Below are positions 18,136 to 27,311 of a DNA stretch of 64,000 nt, one piece after another. A program made the position numbers and the translations under genes. How positions within the stretch are numbered: the stretch's first letter is position 1; every line of letters starts with the position of its first letter. The stretch is from the NCBI GenBank assembly GCA_041661795.1, contig JBAZTS010000001.1, forward strand, positions 124,161 through 188,160. Reading direction: 5' to 3'. The notes beneath the pieces are model-generated. The model did no database searches and was not told where the DNA came from. It was given only the letters and a program-made list of their open reading frames with translations. The DNA comes from Minisyncoccota bacterium (GTDB lineage: Bacteria > Patescibacteriota > Minisyncoccia > UBA6257 > JAGOQP01).

Positions 18136-19575
18136 TTATTTTGATAATTTTCCAAATATATTTTTAACCACTGCCGGATTTGATTTTCCTTTGGTTTTAG
18201 CCATCACCTGTCCGATAAGGAATTGTACGGCGCTTTCTTTACCATTCTTGTAATCATACCATACTTTCTGGTTATCGTCAATAACCGACTGAACGACAGT
18301 TTCTATTTCTAATTCGTCTGAAATCTGGGTTAATCCTTCGTTTTTAACTATGTTTTCGGGGGATTCTCCCGTATCAAAGCTTTTTATAAGAACATCTTTA
18401 GCGACTCGGCTGGATATTTTCTCTTTGGTTATCATGTCGGCTATTTGAGCTAAAAATATTGGTTTAAACCCCGACTGAGATATTAATATTCCCCTTTCCG
18501 ATTCTACTCCCTTCAAGTCAGATGTTAAGTAATTAAAAATCAGATCAATATCTCCGGAGTCATTTAGGGATTTGAATTCGGAGACGGCTTCTTCAAAAAA
18601 ATCAGAAATGTACATATCGTTTATAAGGACATCTCTTTGTAAATCGGAAAGATTGAATTGAGAAGACAACCTGTCTCTTTTTTGCTTCGGCAGTTCGCTT
18701 ATCTTAGCTCTCACTTCTTTCAAATATTGGTCCGAAAAAGTAAACGGAGGTAAATCCGGTTCTGGAAAATATCTATAATCGTGGGCCTCTTCTTTGCTTC
18801 TTTGAGAAAATGTTTCTCCTTTGGTTTCATCCCAGCCACGCGTTTCTTGTTTTATGGTTTCTCCCTCGGTTAATCTTTCCGATTGTCTTTCTATTTCGTA
18901 ATTAATTGCGCCAAAAACAGCTTTAAATGAATTTAGATTTTTTACCTCCACCTTGGTTCCCAATGGATCTCCATCTTTAGCAACAGAAGTGTTGGCCTCA
19001 ATTCTTAAATGTCCTTTTTCCATATCGCCATCAGAGACCCCAAGATATCGGAGTATCAACTGAAACTCGTGAGCAAACTCAACTACGTCTTGAGCCAAAG
19101 AAAAATCCGGTTCAGTAACAAGTTCCATTAGTGGAACTCCGGCTCTATTAAAATCAACCAAGCTATGCTTGCCATCTCCGGCATGACAAAGTTTTCCCGT
19201 GTCTTCTTCCAAATGAATTCTGGTTATCCTTATTTTTTTACCGCTTGATGGCAGTATTAAAAAACCATCCAAACAAAAGGGTTTATCGTATTGGCTTATC
19301 TGATAGGCCTTAGGAAGGTCAGGATAAAAGTAATTTTTCCTGTCAAATTTTGAGAGCTTGTTAATCTGGCAGTTTAGAGCCAGACCCGTCTTTAAAACCA
19401 TTTCTATGGCTTCTCTGTTGGCTTTAGGCAAAGTTCCGGGGTGAGCCATACAGATTGGACAAACATTAGTGTTGGGATCTATTTCCATTGGATCATTCTT
19501 GCAATCACAAAACATCTTGCTTTGTGTAGAAAGCTCCGCGTGAATTTCCAAACCAATTGTAGGACGATAATTCAT
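18136..19575 (-). CDS. gatB: Asp/Glu-tRNA amidotransferase subunit B
   Basis: IGLEIH, RKNYFYPDLPK, HLEEDTGK, DYRYFPEPDL. Confidence 0.98.
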   Translation of the reverse strand: MNYRPTIGLEIHAELSTQSKMFCDCKNDPMEIDPNTNVCPICMAHPGTLPKANREAIEMVLKTGLALNCQINKLSKFDRKNYFYPDLPKAYQISQYDKPFCLDGFLILPSSGKKIRITRIHLEEDTGKLCHAGDGKHSLVDFNRAGVPLMELVTEPDFSLAQDVVEFAHEFQLILRYLGVSDGDMEKGHLRIEANTSVAKDGDPLGTKVEVKNLNSFKAVFGAINYEIERQSERLTEGETIKQETRGWDETKGETFSQRSKEEAHDYRYFPEPDLPPFTFSDQYLKEVRAKISELPKQKRDRLSSQFNLSDLQRDVLINDMYISDFFEEAVSEFKSLNDSGDIDLIFNYLTSDLKGVESERGILISQSGFKPIFLAQIADMITKEKISSRVAKDVLIKSFDTGESPENIVKNEGLTQISDELEIETVVQSVIDDNQKVWYDYKNGKESAVQFLIGQVMAKTKGKSNPAVVKNIFGKLSK

Positions 19576-19602
19576 ATTGGATATTTTATCACAAAAAATT
19601 TA

Positions 19603-20229
19603 TTATAAATATTCAAATAAAGCCAATTTGGTTTTTTCAAATACTTCTTCTGGAGTTCCAGAACCATCGATTATAGTAAACCCCTCAAAATGGGAACCGA
19701 TTGAAAGAAACTTTTCTCTAATTGATTTTAAATTTGATAAAGTCTCAAATATTGACTTTGCATCATTTCTTTTTTCTATGCGTGTCATTGCTAATTCAGA
19801 ATCAATATCAAAAAAAATAATTTTCGAGGGCATAATAAACTTATCGCCGATAATTTCTTTGTGATTATCCCAGAAAGTTTTCCAATGTGTTTCTCCTCTG
19901 AAACTTCCATAAGCCAAGGTTGAGAGAAAATATCTATCACAAAAAACCTGCATTCCCTTCTTTATAGCTGGTGCAATAACTTTGTCTATATGATCTTTCC
20001 TGTCCAAGATAAAAAGTAATTGACGTTGTTCATTAGATATATCTTTAATTTTACCAGACAGCACATCGTCTATCTTTTGGGACCATTCCCCTTGTTTTGT
20101 GGGCTCAAATGTAAAAACTATATTGTTCTTTTTGTTATCGGCAACATATTTTTTCAACATTTCAATCTGCGTCCCTTTTCCGGATCCGTCTATTCCCTCA
20201 AAGACAATAAAGTTTTTCTCTGTAACCAT
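19603..20229 (-). CDS. tmk: Thymidylate kinase
   Basis: FEGIDGSGKGTQ, CDRYFLS. Confidence 0.94.
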   Translation of the reverse strand: MVTEKNFIVFEGIDGSGKGTQIEMLKKYVADNKKNNIVFTFEPTKQGEWSQKIDDVLSGKIKDISNEQRQLLFILDRKDHIDKVIAPAIKKGMQVFCDRYFLSTLAYGSFRGETHWKTFWDNHKEIIGDKFIMPSKIIFFDIDSELAMTRIEKRNDAKSIFETLSNLKSIREKFLSIGSHFEGFTIIDGSGTPEEVFEKTKLALFEYL

Positions 20230-20260
20230 AAAGTTATTATATCAAAAGGTTACTGGTAAT

Positions 20261-20286
20261 CAAAAACCCGCCAAGGCGGGTTTTTG
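20261..20286. terminator. Intrinsic terminator after rplK
   Basis: CAAAAACCCGCC-AA-GGCGGGTTTTTG. Confidence 0.75.
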
Positions 20287-20288
20287 TT

Positions 20289-20714
20289 CTATTCTTTTAT
20301 TTCTATACCCATGCTTCTTGCCGTTCCTTCAATTATTTTTTGGGCCTGTTTTATATCCTTAGTATTAAGGTCGGGCATCTTCTTTTGGGCAATATCTTTG
20401 ATGTCCGATTTTGAAACACTCCCCACCTTATCTTTTAGAGGATTTCCAGAACCCTTCTCTATCCCGGCAGCTTTTTTCAATAAATCCGATACCGGAGAAG
20501 TTTTTAATTTAAATTCAAAGCTTCTATCTTCGTAGATGGTAATAACCGCCGGAACAATACTTCCCGTCATTTCCTTGGTAGCATCATTAAACTGCTGACA
20601 AAATTGACCTAAGTTTATTCCATGAGGCCCAAGAGCTGTTCCCACTGGAGGGGCCGGTGTAGCTGCTCCTGCTGGAAGTTGTATTTTTATTATTGTTTTT
20701 ACTGGTTTTGCCAT
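20289..20714 (-). CDS. rplK: 50S ribosomal protein L11
   Basis: [25 protein letters not shown]. Confidence 0.98.
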   Translation of the reverse strand: MAKPVKTIIKIQLPAGAATPAPPVGTALGPHGINLGQFCQQFNDATKEMTGSIVPAVITIYEDRSFEFKLKTSPVSDLLKKAAGIEKGSGNPLKDKVGSVSKSDIKDIAQKKMPDLNTKDIKQAQKIIEGTARSMGIEIKE

Positions 20715-20719
20715 AATTT

Positions 20720-21304
20720 TTAAATTTTTTGAATTTGTAATGAATCTATTTCTATTATTGTCTCTCTTCCAAAAACCGGAATAGCTACTTTAATTCTTCC
20801 ATGTTCTTCGTCAACTTCGGTAATTTTTCCTTCGTAGTCCTTAAACGGACCGTCAACTATTTTTACCAAATCTTCCAGAACATACTCAATCTTGAACTTC
20901 ATCTCTTTGTTCTCGTCCATCTTGGACATAAGGAAAGTAATTTCTTCTGCCGAAAGAGGTGTGGGTTTTGTTGAGTCGGGTCCGACAAATCCCATGACTC
21001 TTGGGGTGTTTCTGACGACATACCAAGAATCTTCCGACAAATTCATTTCCACCAAAACATATCCCGGATAAATCTTTTCTTCAACTATTTTTCTTTTGCC
21101 ATTCTTTATTTTTATATTTTTTTCTTTGGGCACTATAACGTTAAAAATTTTATCGTTCATTGAAAGCGACTCAACTCTTTGTTTTAGATATCTGGCCACA
21201 GCATCTTCATACCCTGAATAAGTGTGAACAGCATACCAACGTTTTTGACTCTTATCTTTGTCGTCTACCTGCAAACCCTTTTTATCGTTATTTTCCTGTT
21301 CCAT
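20720..21304 (-). CDS. nusG: Transcription factor NusG
   Basis: [30 protein letters not shown]. Confidence 0.97.
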   Translation of the reverse strand: MEQENNDKKGLQVDDKDKSQKRWYAVHTYSGYEDAVARYLKQRVESLSMNDKIFNVIVPKEKNIKIKNGKRKIVEEKIYPGYVLVEMNLSEDSWYVVRNTPRVMGFVGPDSTKPTPLSAEEITFLMSKMDENKEMKFKIEYVLEDLVKIVDGPFKDYEGKITEVDEEHGRIKVAIPVFGRETIIEIDSLQIQKI

Positions 21305-21309
21305 GTTTT

Positions 21310-21492
21310 TTAAAAAGTTAAACTCAAAAGATAGGAGAATAAAATATCTAAAAGTCCTAAGAAAATAGATACCACTATGGAAAATCCTATAACAACCACA
21401 GTCAAATTAACCGTTTCATTTTTGGTAGGCCAATTAACTTTTTTTAATTCGTGATAGGATTCTATAAAATATGATTTGATTTTTTGTATCAT
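21310..21492 (-). CDS. secE: Preprotein translocase SecE
   Basis: ELKKVNWP plus one TM helix; secE-nusG-rplK order. Confidence 0.95.
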   Translation of the reverse strand: MIQKIKSYFIESYHELKKVNWPTKNETVNLTVVVIGFSIVVSIFLGLLDILFSYLLSLTF

Positions 21493-21544
21493 TTTATTTT
21501 AAAGCCGCCTCTGGGCGGCACCCTTGTATACTACCAAAACAACC

Positions 21545-23539
21545 TTAAATGTCAAGATTCTTAACCATAGCCGCTCTGCTCTGAATAAAGTGTTTTCTGG
21601 GTTCAACTTTTTCACCCATAAGAATATCAAAGAGCCGATCCGCCTGTTGAGCGTCTTCAATTCTAATTTGTTTTACTGTCCTTGTAGCCGGATCCATGGT
21701 CGTTTCCCAAAGTTGCGGAGGATTCATTTCTCCAAGACCTTTGTAGCGCTGAATATTAACTCCCTTAACAATTTCGGACACTTCTTCTTCACTTCCGATG
21801 TCTACATTTTCATTCTTCTGGTCTTTAATTTTACCGAATTCAGAAATAAGTTTTTCTTTTTCCGCATCAGAATAAGCATATTTGAACTCGCGACCCTTTT
21901 GTATTCTGTAAAGTGGCGGTTGAGCAATATATAAATATCCTCTTTCTATTATTTCCCTAAAATATCTGTAGAAAAGAGTTAAAAGTAAAGTTCTGATATG
22001 AGCTCCGTCAACATCAGCATCGGTCATAATAATTATTTTATGATAACGAATTTTATCAGGATTAAAATCATTGCCAATAGCGGTACCCAAAGCAATAACC
22101 AAAGATTTTATTTCATTGTTGGCAAGCATTTTATCCAAACGAGATTTTTCAACGTTAAGAATCTTTCCACGCAAAGGCAGTATAGCTTGGAATTTTCTGT
22201 CTCTTCCCTGTTTTCCAGAACCACCGGCGCTGTCTCCCTCAACAATAAACAATTCGGATTGAGCAGGATCTTTTGACGTACAATCGGCAAGTTTTCCGGG
22301 TAAGGCCAAACCTTCCAAGGGGCCCTTCCTTAAAACCGTTTCTTTGGCGGCTTTAGCGGCTTTTCTGGCTTTAACGGACAACAAACATTTAGAAATAATT
22401 AACCTTCCTTCATCTGAATATTTTTGTAAAAATTCTTTTAACGCCTCTGAAACTACCGATTCAACGGCGGTTCTAGCCGGAGGATTGCCAAGACGAGCTT
22501 TGGTTTGCCCTTCAAATTGGGGTTCTCTTATTTTTATAGAAACTATAGCCACAATACCTTCTCTGACATCGTCTCCGGTAAAATTATCTTCTTTTTCTTT
22601 AATATAAGTGTTTTCCCTGGCATAGTCGTTTAAAGCTCTTGTCAAAGCGGAACGAAAACCGGTCAAATGCATTCCCCCATCAGTTGTAAAAATATTATTA
22701 GCAAAACTCAATTCTTGAATTTCAGTATCGTTATTATAAACAAAAGCCGCTTCCACTTGGATTCCGTCATATTCTTTATTAACGTAAAAAGGAGTTTCTT
22801 GAACAGAATCTCCAAATTCATTTAGGTAATTAAGAAAAGAGATTATCCCTCCCTCAAAACAAAAAGAATAATACTGAATAAATTCTTCTCTCTCGTCAAT
22901 AATTTCAATACGAACTCCTTTTACCAAAAAGGCCTGCTGTCTTAGGTGATCAATTATTTTTTTTCTATCAAACTCGCCTTTGGAAAGAATTTCATCATCC
23001 GGTTGAAAAGTAACTTTAGTACCGGTATTTTTTGAAGCGCCAACCTTTTTAACTTTATATTGAGGAACCCCTTTTTTATATTCCTGAACATAAGAACCGC
23101 CATCTCTCTCAACTTCAACCTTCATCCATTTGGAAAGAGCGTTAACAACAGAAACACCAACTCCGTGAAGTCCCCCAGCAACTTTGTATGATTCGCCGCC
23201 AAATTTTCCTCCAGCATGAAGAGTACAAAGAACGGTTTCTAAAGCCGATCTTTTCGTCTGTGGGTGGATATCAACTGGAATACCTCTCCCATCGTCAGTA
23301 ACAGAAACTTTATTATCCTTAAGAAGTTCTACCCGAACATTCTTAGCGTGTCCGGCCATAGCTTCGTCTATAGAGTTATCAACAACCTCCCAAACCAAAT
23401 GATGAAGACCATCGGTTCCGGTAGAACCAATGTACATTCCCGGTCTTTTTCTGACCGGCTCTAATCCTTCAAGAACATATATATCTTTGGCGCTGTAAGA
23501 AGGACTATTTTCCTTATTTTTTTCCTCTTTTTTAGACAT
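21545..23539 (-). CDS. gyrB: DNA gyrase subunit B (type IIA topoisomerase B subunit)
   Basis: VRKRPGMYIG, EGDSAGG, PLRGKILN, DADVDG, QRYKGLGEM; no A subunit adjacent. Confidence 0.9.
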   Translation of the reverse strand: MSKKEEKNKENSPSYSAKDIYVLEGLEPVRKRPGMYIGSTGTDGLHHLVWEVVDNSIDEAMAGHAKNVRVELLKDNKVSVTDDGRGIPVDIHPQTKRSALETVLCTLHAGGKFGGESYKVAGGLHGVGVSVVNALSKWMKVEVERDGGSYVQEYKKGVPQYKVKKVGASKNTGTKVTFQPDDEILSKGEFDRKKIIDHLRQQAFLVKGVRIEIIDEREEFIQYYSFCFEGGIISFLNYLNEFGDSVQETPFYVNKEYDGIQVEAAFVYNNDTEIQELSFANNIFTTDGGMHLTGFRSALTRALNDYARENTYIKEKEDNFTGDDVREGIVAIVSIKIREPQFEGQTKARLGNPPARTAVESVVSEALKEFLQKYSDEGRLIISKCLLSVKARKAAKAAKETVLRKGPLEGLALPGKLADCTSKDPAQSELFIVEGDSAGGSGKQGRDRKFQAILPLRGKILNVEKSRLDKMLANNEIKSLVIALGTAIGNDFNPDKIRYHKIIIMTDADVDGAHIRTLLLTLFYRYFREIIERGYLYIAQPPLYRIQKGREFKYAYSDAEKEKLISEFGKIKDQKNENVDIGSEEEVSEIVKGVNIQRYKGLGEMNPPQLWETTMDPATRTVKQIRIEDAQQADRLFDILMGEKVEPRKHFIQSRAAMVKNLDI

Positions 23540-23625
23540 ATAGATGAAACAAAAAATGCCTCAATGCCCTCTAATTATAGCAAAATTGGGTAAAAAAACA
23601 ACCCTAAATATGATACAATATTATC

Positions 23626-24465
23626 ATGAATCCAAGAAAAATCATTGTTAGATTTATTATTCCCATACTTGCATTCGGTATTCCCTTTGTCGTTCCTTTG
23701 TACAATTTTTCCTATCCGCAAGATCTTTTGAATGTCGTTTCTTTGCTTTTCGTTATCATACTCGGTTTTTTTATAGCAGCAGCCACATCAAATTATCTTA
23801 ATTTTCAATCATGCCTTGCGGAAGAGAACAGCGCTCTAGTCACGCTTTTTAATATTGTTAAACTGGTAGCCCCCTCATCAACAAAAAAGATAGCTGATCT
23901 TATTGATTACTATGTAATCAAAACGCTTGATTATGAAATTGGAGAATATGCCGACCATACCCAGAAAGAATATGATGAAATCGTTGAAGAGGTAGATAAA
24001 TCAAAAATAAATTCTAAAAACTCAAATAGTTTGGCTTTGTTTTCATATATGCACGAGGTTAAATGTAACTTATTAAAAGTGCGACAAAATGTTTTTCAAG
24101 CAGCCAGAAAAGTTATGCACGGCACTCATTGGGCCATACTGGTATTACTTGCACTTGTTATTGAATTTCTCCTCTTGTCCGCACGCAATGGTGACGTATT
24201 TATAAATGCGATTATGGGAGTGATTACTATTGCCCTCTGTCTTGCTTTAATACTTCTTTATGAAGTTGACAGTAATGTATTCCTTGAAGAACAGCTTGCT
24301 TATGGAGATCCGCAAAAAGTTTTTGAAGCCATTGGAAAACTGCCTTATTATCCGGAGACCGCCATAAAATACAACATCGCAAAACCAGAAAAAAAATACC
24401 GCATCGGTATATACACCAACTATCCCAAATCTTTTGAGAAGACAATTAAGATAGTGGAAAAATAA
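23626..24465 (+). CDS. Membrane protein with four TM helices (possibly bestrophin-like fold)
   Basis: Two TM, helical soluble region, two TM, then E.D..F; family assignment is inference. Confidence 0.65.
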   Translation: MNPRKIIVRFIIPILAFGIPFVVPLYNFSYPQDLLNVVSLLFVIILGFFIAAATSNYLNFQSCLAEENSALVTLFNIVKLVAPSSTKKIADLIDYYVIKTLDYEIGEYADHTQKEYDEIVEEVDKSKINSKNSNSLALFSYMHEVKCNLLKVRQNVFQAARKVMHGTHWAILVLLALVIEFLLLSARNGDVFINAIMGVITIALCLALILLYEVDSNVFLEEQLAYGDPQKVFEAIGKLPYYPETAIKYNIAKPEKKYRIGIYTNYPKSFEKTIKIVEK

Positions 24466-24487
24466 GATCTTTTTAAATTGACTTTAT

Positions 24488-24564
24488 TGGGGTGAGCAAC
24501 GGGGATTGAACCCGTGACCTCCTGGGCCACAACCAGGCGCTCTACCAGCTGAGCTATGCCCACC
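24488..24564 (-). tRNA. tRNA-His(GTG)
   Basis: G-1, acceptor GTGGGCA/TGCTCAC, arm CCTGG-TTGTGGC-CCAGG, encoded CCA. Confidence 0.95.
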
Positions 24565-24569
24565 ATACT

Positions 24570-25025
24570 TTAACGAACATTCATTTTTATGAGTATACGC
24601 CGCACATATCCCCAGTCAAGATTTAATTGCTTCCCTATCTCCCTATAGGAAGCACCAGAAGTTCTCATCTCTAGGGCTTTTGCTTTTTTATGTTCCATTA
24701 CAGATATTTTAACATTCCTCTTTTTGGCGTATTTACTCAATTCTGGAATTACTTTTTTAGCAATAGCATTTTTGACTATAAGATAATCGAAAATTCTTTT
24801 CAAAAAATAAAGCACATCGTCTTGTTTAGAAATATAATAAATCCAACTATCTTTCCAGTGAGATTTTCTTTTTGTGATTTTACAGACATAACCAACTTTA
24901 CTGAATTTAACTATGCCATCAAGAACCTCCTGATTTGTTTGAGATATGGCAATTCGGTATCCCTTGCCGTTGTGGCTTATACATCCCTCTCCATCAAAAA
25001 ATCCTGCTATATATTCCCATTTCAT
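24570..25025 (-). CDS. Free-standing single-motif LAGLIDADG protein with C-terminal HTH
   Basis: YIAGFFDGEGC, ISQTN, YLIVK; C-terminal GASYREIGKQLNLDWGYVRR. Confidence 0.88.
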   Translation of the reverse strand: MKWEYIAGFFDGEGCISHNGKGYRIAISQTNQEVLDGIVKFSKVGYVCKITKRKSHWKDSWIYYISKQDDVLYFLKRIFDYLIVKNAIAKKVIPELSKYAKKRNVKISVMEHKKAKALEMRTSGASYREIGKQLNLDWGYVRRILIKMNVR

Positions 25026-25128
25026 TAGGTCAATTATATCACTAATAAGTGGATACATCAATCATTACCGACTATACAAGAACCACATATTGATTTTATC
25101 ACAATAAAGCAATAAAATAGCAGATGAT

Positions 25129-25200
25129 GTTCCCATAGTTCAACGGATAGAACGACTCCCTTCTAAGGAGTAGATCCGGGTTCGATTCCTGGTGGGAATA
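25129..25200 (+). tRNA. tRNA-Arg(TCT)
   Basis: ACTCC-CTTCTAA-GGAGT; acceptor GTTCCCA/TGGGAAT. Confidence 0.93.
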
Positions 25201-25258
25201 CATATAAGTTAATATAAAATTGCCTTATATTAGTTTTTTTGATAATTTTAAAAATGAT

Positions 25259-25330
25259 GCCGCGGTAGCTCAGTGGTAGAGCTTTCGCCTGAAGAGCGAA
25301 GAGTCGTCAGTTCGATTCTGACCCGCGGCA
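25259..25330 (+). tRNA. tRNA-Phe(GAA)
   Basis: TTCGC-CTGAAGA-GCGAA; acceptor GCCGCGG/CCGCGGC. Confidence 0.94.
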
Positions 25331-25354
25331 CTGTTAATTAAAAAAACTACAAAT

Positions 25355-25425
25355 CGGGCCGTAGTGTAATGGTAGCACGAATGCTTTGGGAGTATTTAGT
25401 CCGAGTTCAAATCTCGGCGGCCCGA
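25355..25425 (+). tRNA. tRNA-Pro(TGG)
   Basis: AATGC-TTTGGGA-GTATT; acceptor CGGGCCG/CGGCCCG. Confidence 0.92.
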
Positions 25426-25583
25426 CAAAAATAAAGACCCTTTTTTGGGTTTTTATTTTTGTTGTGACCCAAGAGATTTGAATAGAGAATGTGAAATTCT
25501 CGCTTGCCCGCCCGAAGCTTTAGCGAAGGAGGGGCGGCCCGACAAAAATAAAGACCCTTTTTTGGGTTTTTATTTTTGTTGTG
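25416..25583 (+). repeat. 51-bp direct repeat of tRNA-Pro 3' end plus terminator flanking a small element
   Basis: 25416-25466 is identical to 25533-25583. Confidence 0.9.
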
Positions 25584-25600
25584 GTTGTAAAATTGAATAT

Positions 25601-26068
25601 CTATTTAAGTTTATGATTCTTTCCAAAACAGCTCCAAGGTAAAGTCAACTCAATTTCGGAAAAATTATTAATAATCCATTGCACGTACGTATTACAATTA
25701 GGACCGGTTAAAAAATATTTATTGGTATAAGGATATAAAATTGGAGATTTTTCTATAAATTCAATCATTTTTTCTGCGTTTTTACCTTCAATTTTGGCGA
25801 ATAATTTACTCTCCCAATAATATCCTCGGAGGAAAGGAACAACTCTGATTCCCTGGAATGGAGGGAGAAAATCTTTGTATAAATTTCCCCAATTTTGTTT
25901 GTTTTTAATTTTTCTAAAAAGTATCTCCCATCTTGATACAGAACCTTTCTTATTTATTACAAACCAAGAATGAGCCCCAAAACTAAATGGCAGTGTTGCC
26001 GGGCACATAAACAAAAACACCTGGTAATTATCCGGCTCTATTAATTTTCCAAAATTATCTTTGTCCAT
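25601..26068 (-). CDS. Hypothetical protein, DUF3750-like/papain-like motif
   Basis: GAHSWF...YPY...YFLTGPNCNTYVQW (His and Cys motif pair). Confidence 0.7.
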   Translation of the reverse strand: MDKDNFGKLIEPDNYQVFLFMCPATLPFSFGAHSWFVINKKGSVSRWEILFRKIKNKQNWGNLYKDFLPPFQGIRVVPFLRGYYWESKLFAKIEGKNAEKMIEFIEKSPILYPYTNKYFLTGPNCNTYVQWIINNFSEIELTLPWSCFGKNHKLK

Positions 26069-26089
26069 AGAAATCCTTTTGAGCAAGAT

Positions 26090-26422
26090 TTATAAAGAAT
26101 CTTCTATCTCATTCATCTCTTTTACGATTGCCTGATAAAGTTCATCTCGCCCCTTGTTCCAAGCCCACATTCTAGCGGCCTCAAAACTTTCAAGCGCTTC
26201 TGTTACGTATCCGGCTTTAAGATATAAATGGGCCTGTCTAATAACAAATCTGGGCACTGCTTCCGGGTCGGATGATTCTTGGACTTGTCTTTCGTGTTCT
26301 ATGGTCCAGTTAATCAAGGCGCTTCTGACTCCTTCGTCTTCTACTCCTTTTTCTCTAAGTAATTCAACCAAACGCTGTTCAATGCCTCCTTCTTCTTCAA
26401 ATTTTGGCTCTCCTTTTATCAT
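26090..26422 (-). CDS. Hypothetical helical (TPR-like) protein
   Basis: 110-aa ORF, AHLYLKAGYVTEALESF. Confidence 0.65.
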   Translation of the reverse strand: MIKGEPKFEEEGGIEQRLVELLREKGVEDEGVRSALINWTIEHERQVQESSDPEAVPRFVIRQAHLYLKAGYVTEALESFEAARMWAWNKGRDELYQAIVKEMNEIEDSL

Positions 26423-26497
26423 ATGTTTATAAATTAATAATAAATTATTTGTTGACGGACTTTGTCCGCCGTAGCTCGTTGCTTCAACGAGCGAAGG

Positions 26498-26584
26498 CGG
26501 AGGGTACAGGATTTGAACCTGTGATCCCGTTTCCGGGAAACCGCATTTCGAATGCGGCGCAATAAACCACTATGCGAACCCTCC
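26498..26584 (-). tRNA. tRNA-Ser(CGA)
   Basis: Acceptor GGAGGGT/ACCCTCC; CCGCA-TTCGAAA-TGCGG; long variable arm. Confidence 0.93.
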
Positions 26585-26593
26585 CTGTGTTTT

Positions 26594-26872
26594 TTATCTT
26601 AAGTCATCTTCTCTCAAAACGGCAAGGATTTCATCTTTTATATCAACCCTGGTTCCGTCTTTATGAAGAACACGTTTCCATTTGGGTATATAAACAATTC
26701 CGTTTTTAAGATGAACTCTAAAAAATTCTATATTTCTTCCATCCCCTTCTTTGTCATCGTCTCCATAATGAAGACGATCATCGCGTATCTCCTCGACAAT
26801 TCTCATGATTTCTTCTTTTGACAATTTTTCCGAAGCGTGTTCCCTGCCTGGTTCTATCTCGTGATTATTCAT
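26594..26872 (-). CDS. Hypothetical protein between two tRNA genes
   Basis: Start reset to MNNHEIE because the longer ORF overlaps tRNA-Arg. Confidence 0.6.
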   Translation of the reverse strand: MNNHEIEPGREHASEKLSKEEIMRIVEEIRDDRLHYGDDDKEGDGRNIEFFRVHLKNGIVYIPKWKRVLHKDGTRVDIKDEILAVLREDDLR

Positions 26873-26906
26873 AATATCTATTATATATAAATTTAATAAT
26901 AAATTG

Positions 26907-26978
26907 TGCCCCCGGGAAGAATCGAACTCCCATTTCATCCTTAGGACGGATTTGTTCTATCCGTTGAACTACGAGGGC
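26907..26978 (-). tRNA. tRNA-Arg(CCT)
   Basis: Acceptor GCCCTCG/CGGGGGC; loop GTCCTAA; TTCGATT. Confidence 0.9.
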
Positions 26979-27035
26979 AGATAATATTGAAAAAATGATA
27001 TTTATACTATATTATAAAAACACACTTTTATTCAA

Positions 27036-27106
27036 GGGCCTATAGTATAGCGGTAGAACACCTCCATGGCATGGAGGGGGTCGGGGTTCGACTCCCCGTA
27101 GGTCCA
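27036..27106 (+). tRNA. tRNA-Ala(GGC)
   Basis: CCTCC-ATGGCAT-GGAGG; G3:U70 in GGGCCTA/TAGGTCC. Confidence 0.94.
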
Positions 27107-27107
27107 C

Positions 27108-27270
27108 AATAAAATATTTAATCAGAGATTAGATATTTTATTTGGGCCACAGGAATCGAATAGAGGTGGGTCGGAGGACGCTTAGTCCTTCGTGTAGGAA
27201 ATTATTCAAAACCGAGGATTTTGAAAGAGTCCGCCCTGGGCGGACGATGTGAGATTCCCCGTAGGTCCAC
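27108..27270 (+). mobile_element. Small non-coding element at tRNA-Ala 3' end bounded by a 15-bp direct repeat
   Basis: TCCCCGTAGGTCCAC at 27093-27107 and 27256-27270; several internal hairpins. Confidence 0.65.
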
Positions 27271-27311
27271 CCAAAGAAACATTGTCATTATAAATCTTAA
27301 AAGAAAATGAT

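Noticed and set aside
24488-25200. Group I intron in a tRNA carrying the LAGLIDADG gene
   Set aside because: Both flanking tRNAs are complete and uninterrupted, and no intron core is evident in the short flanks.
25416-25583. Mini CRISPR array
   Set aside because: Only two copies, derived from a tRNA end plus terminator; no cas genes.
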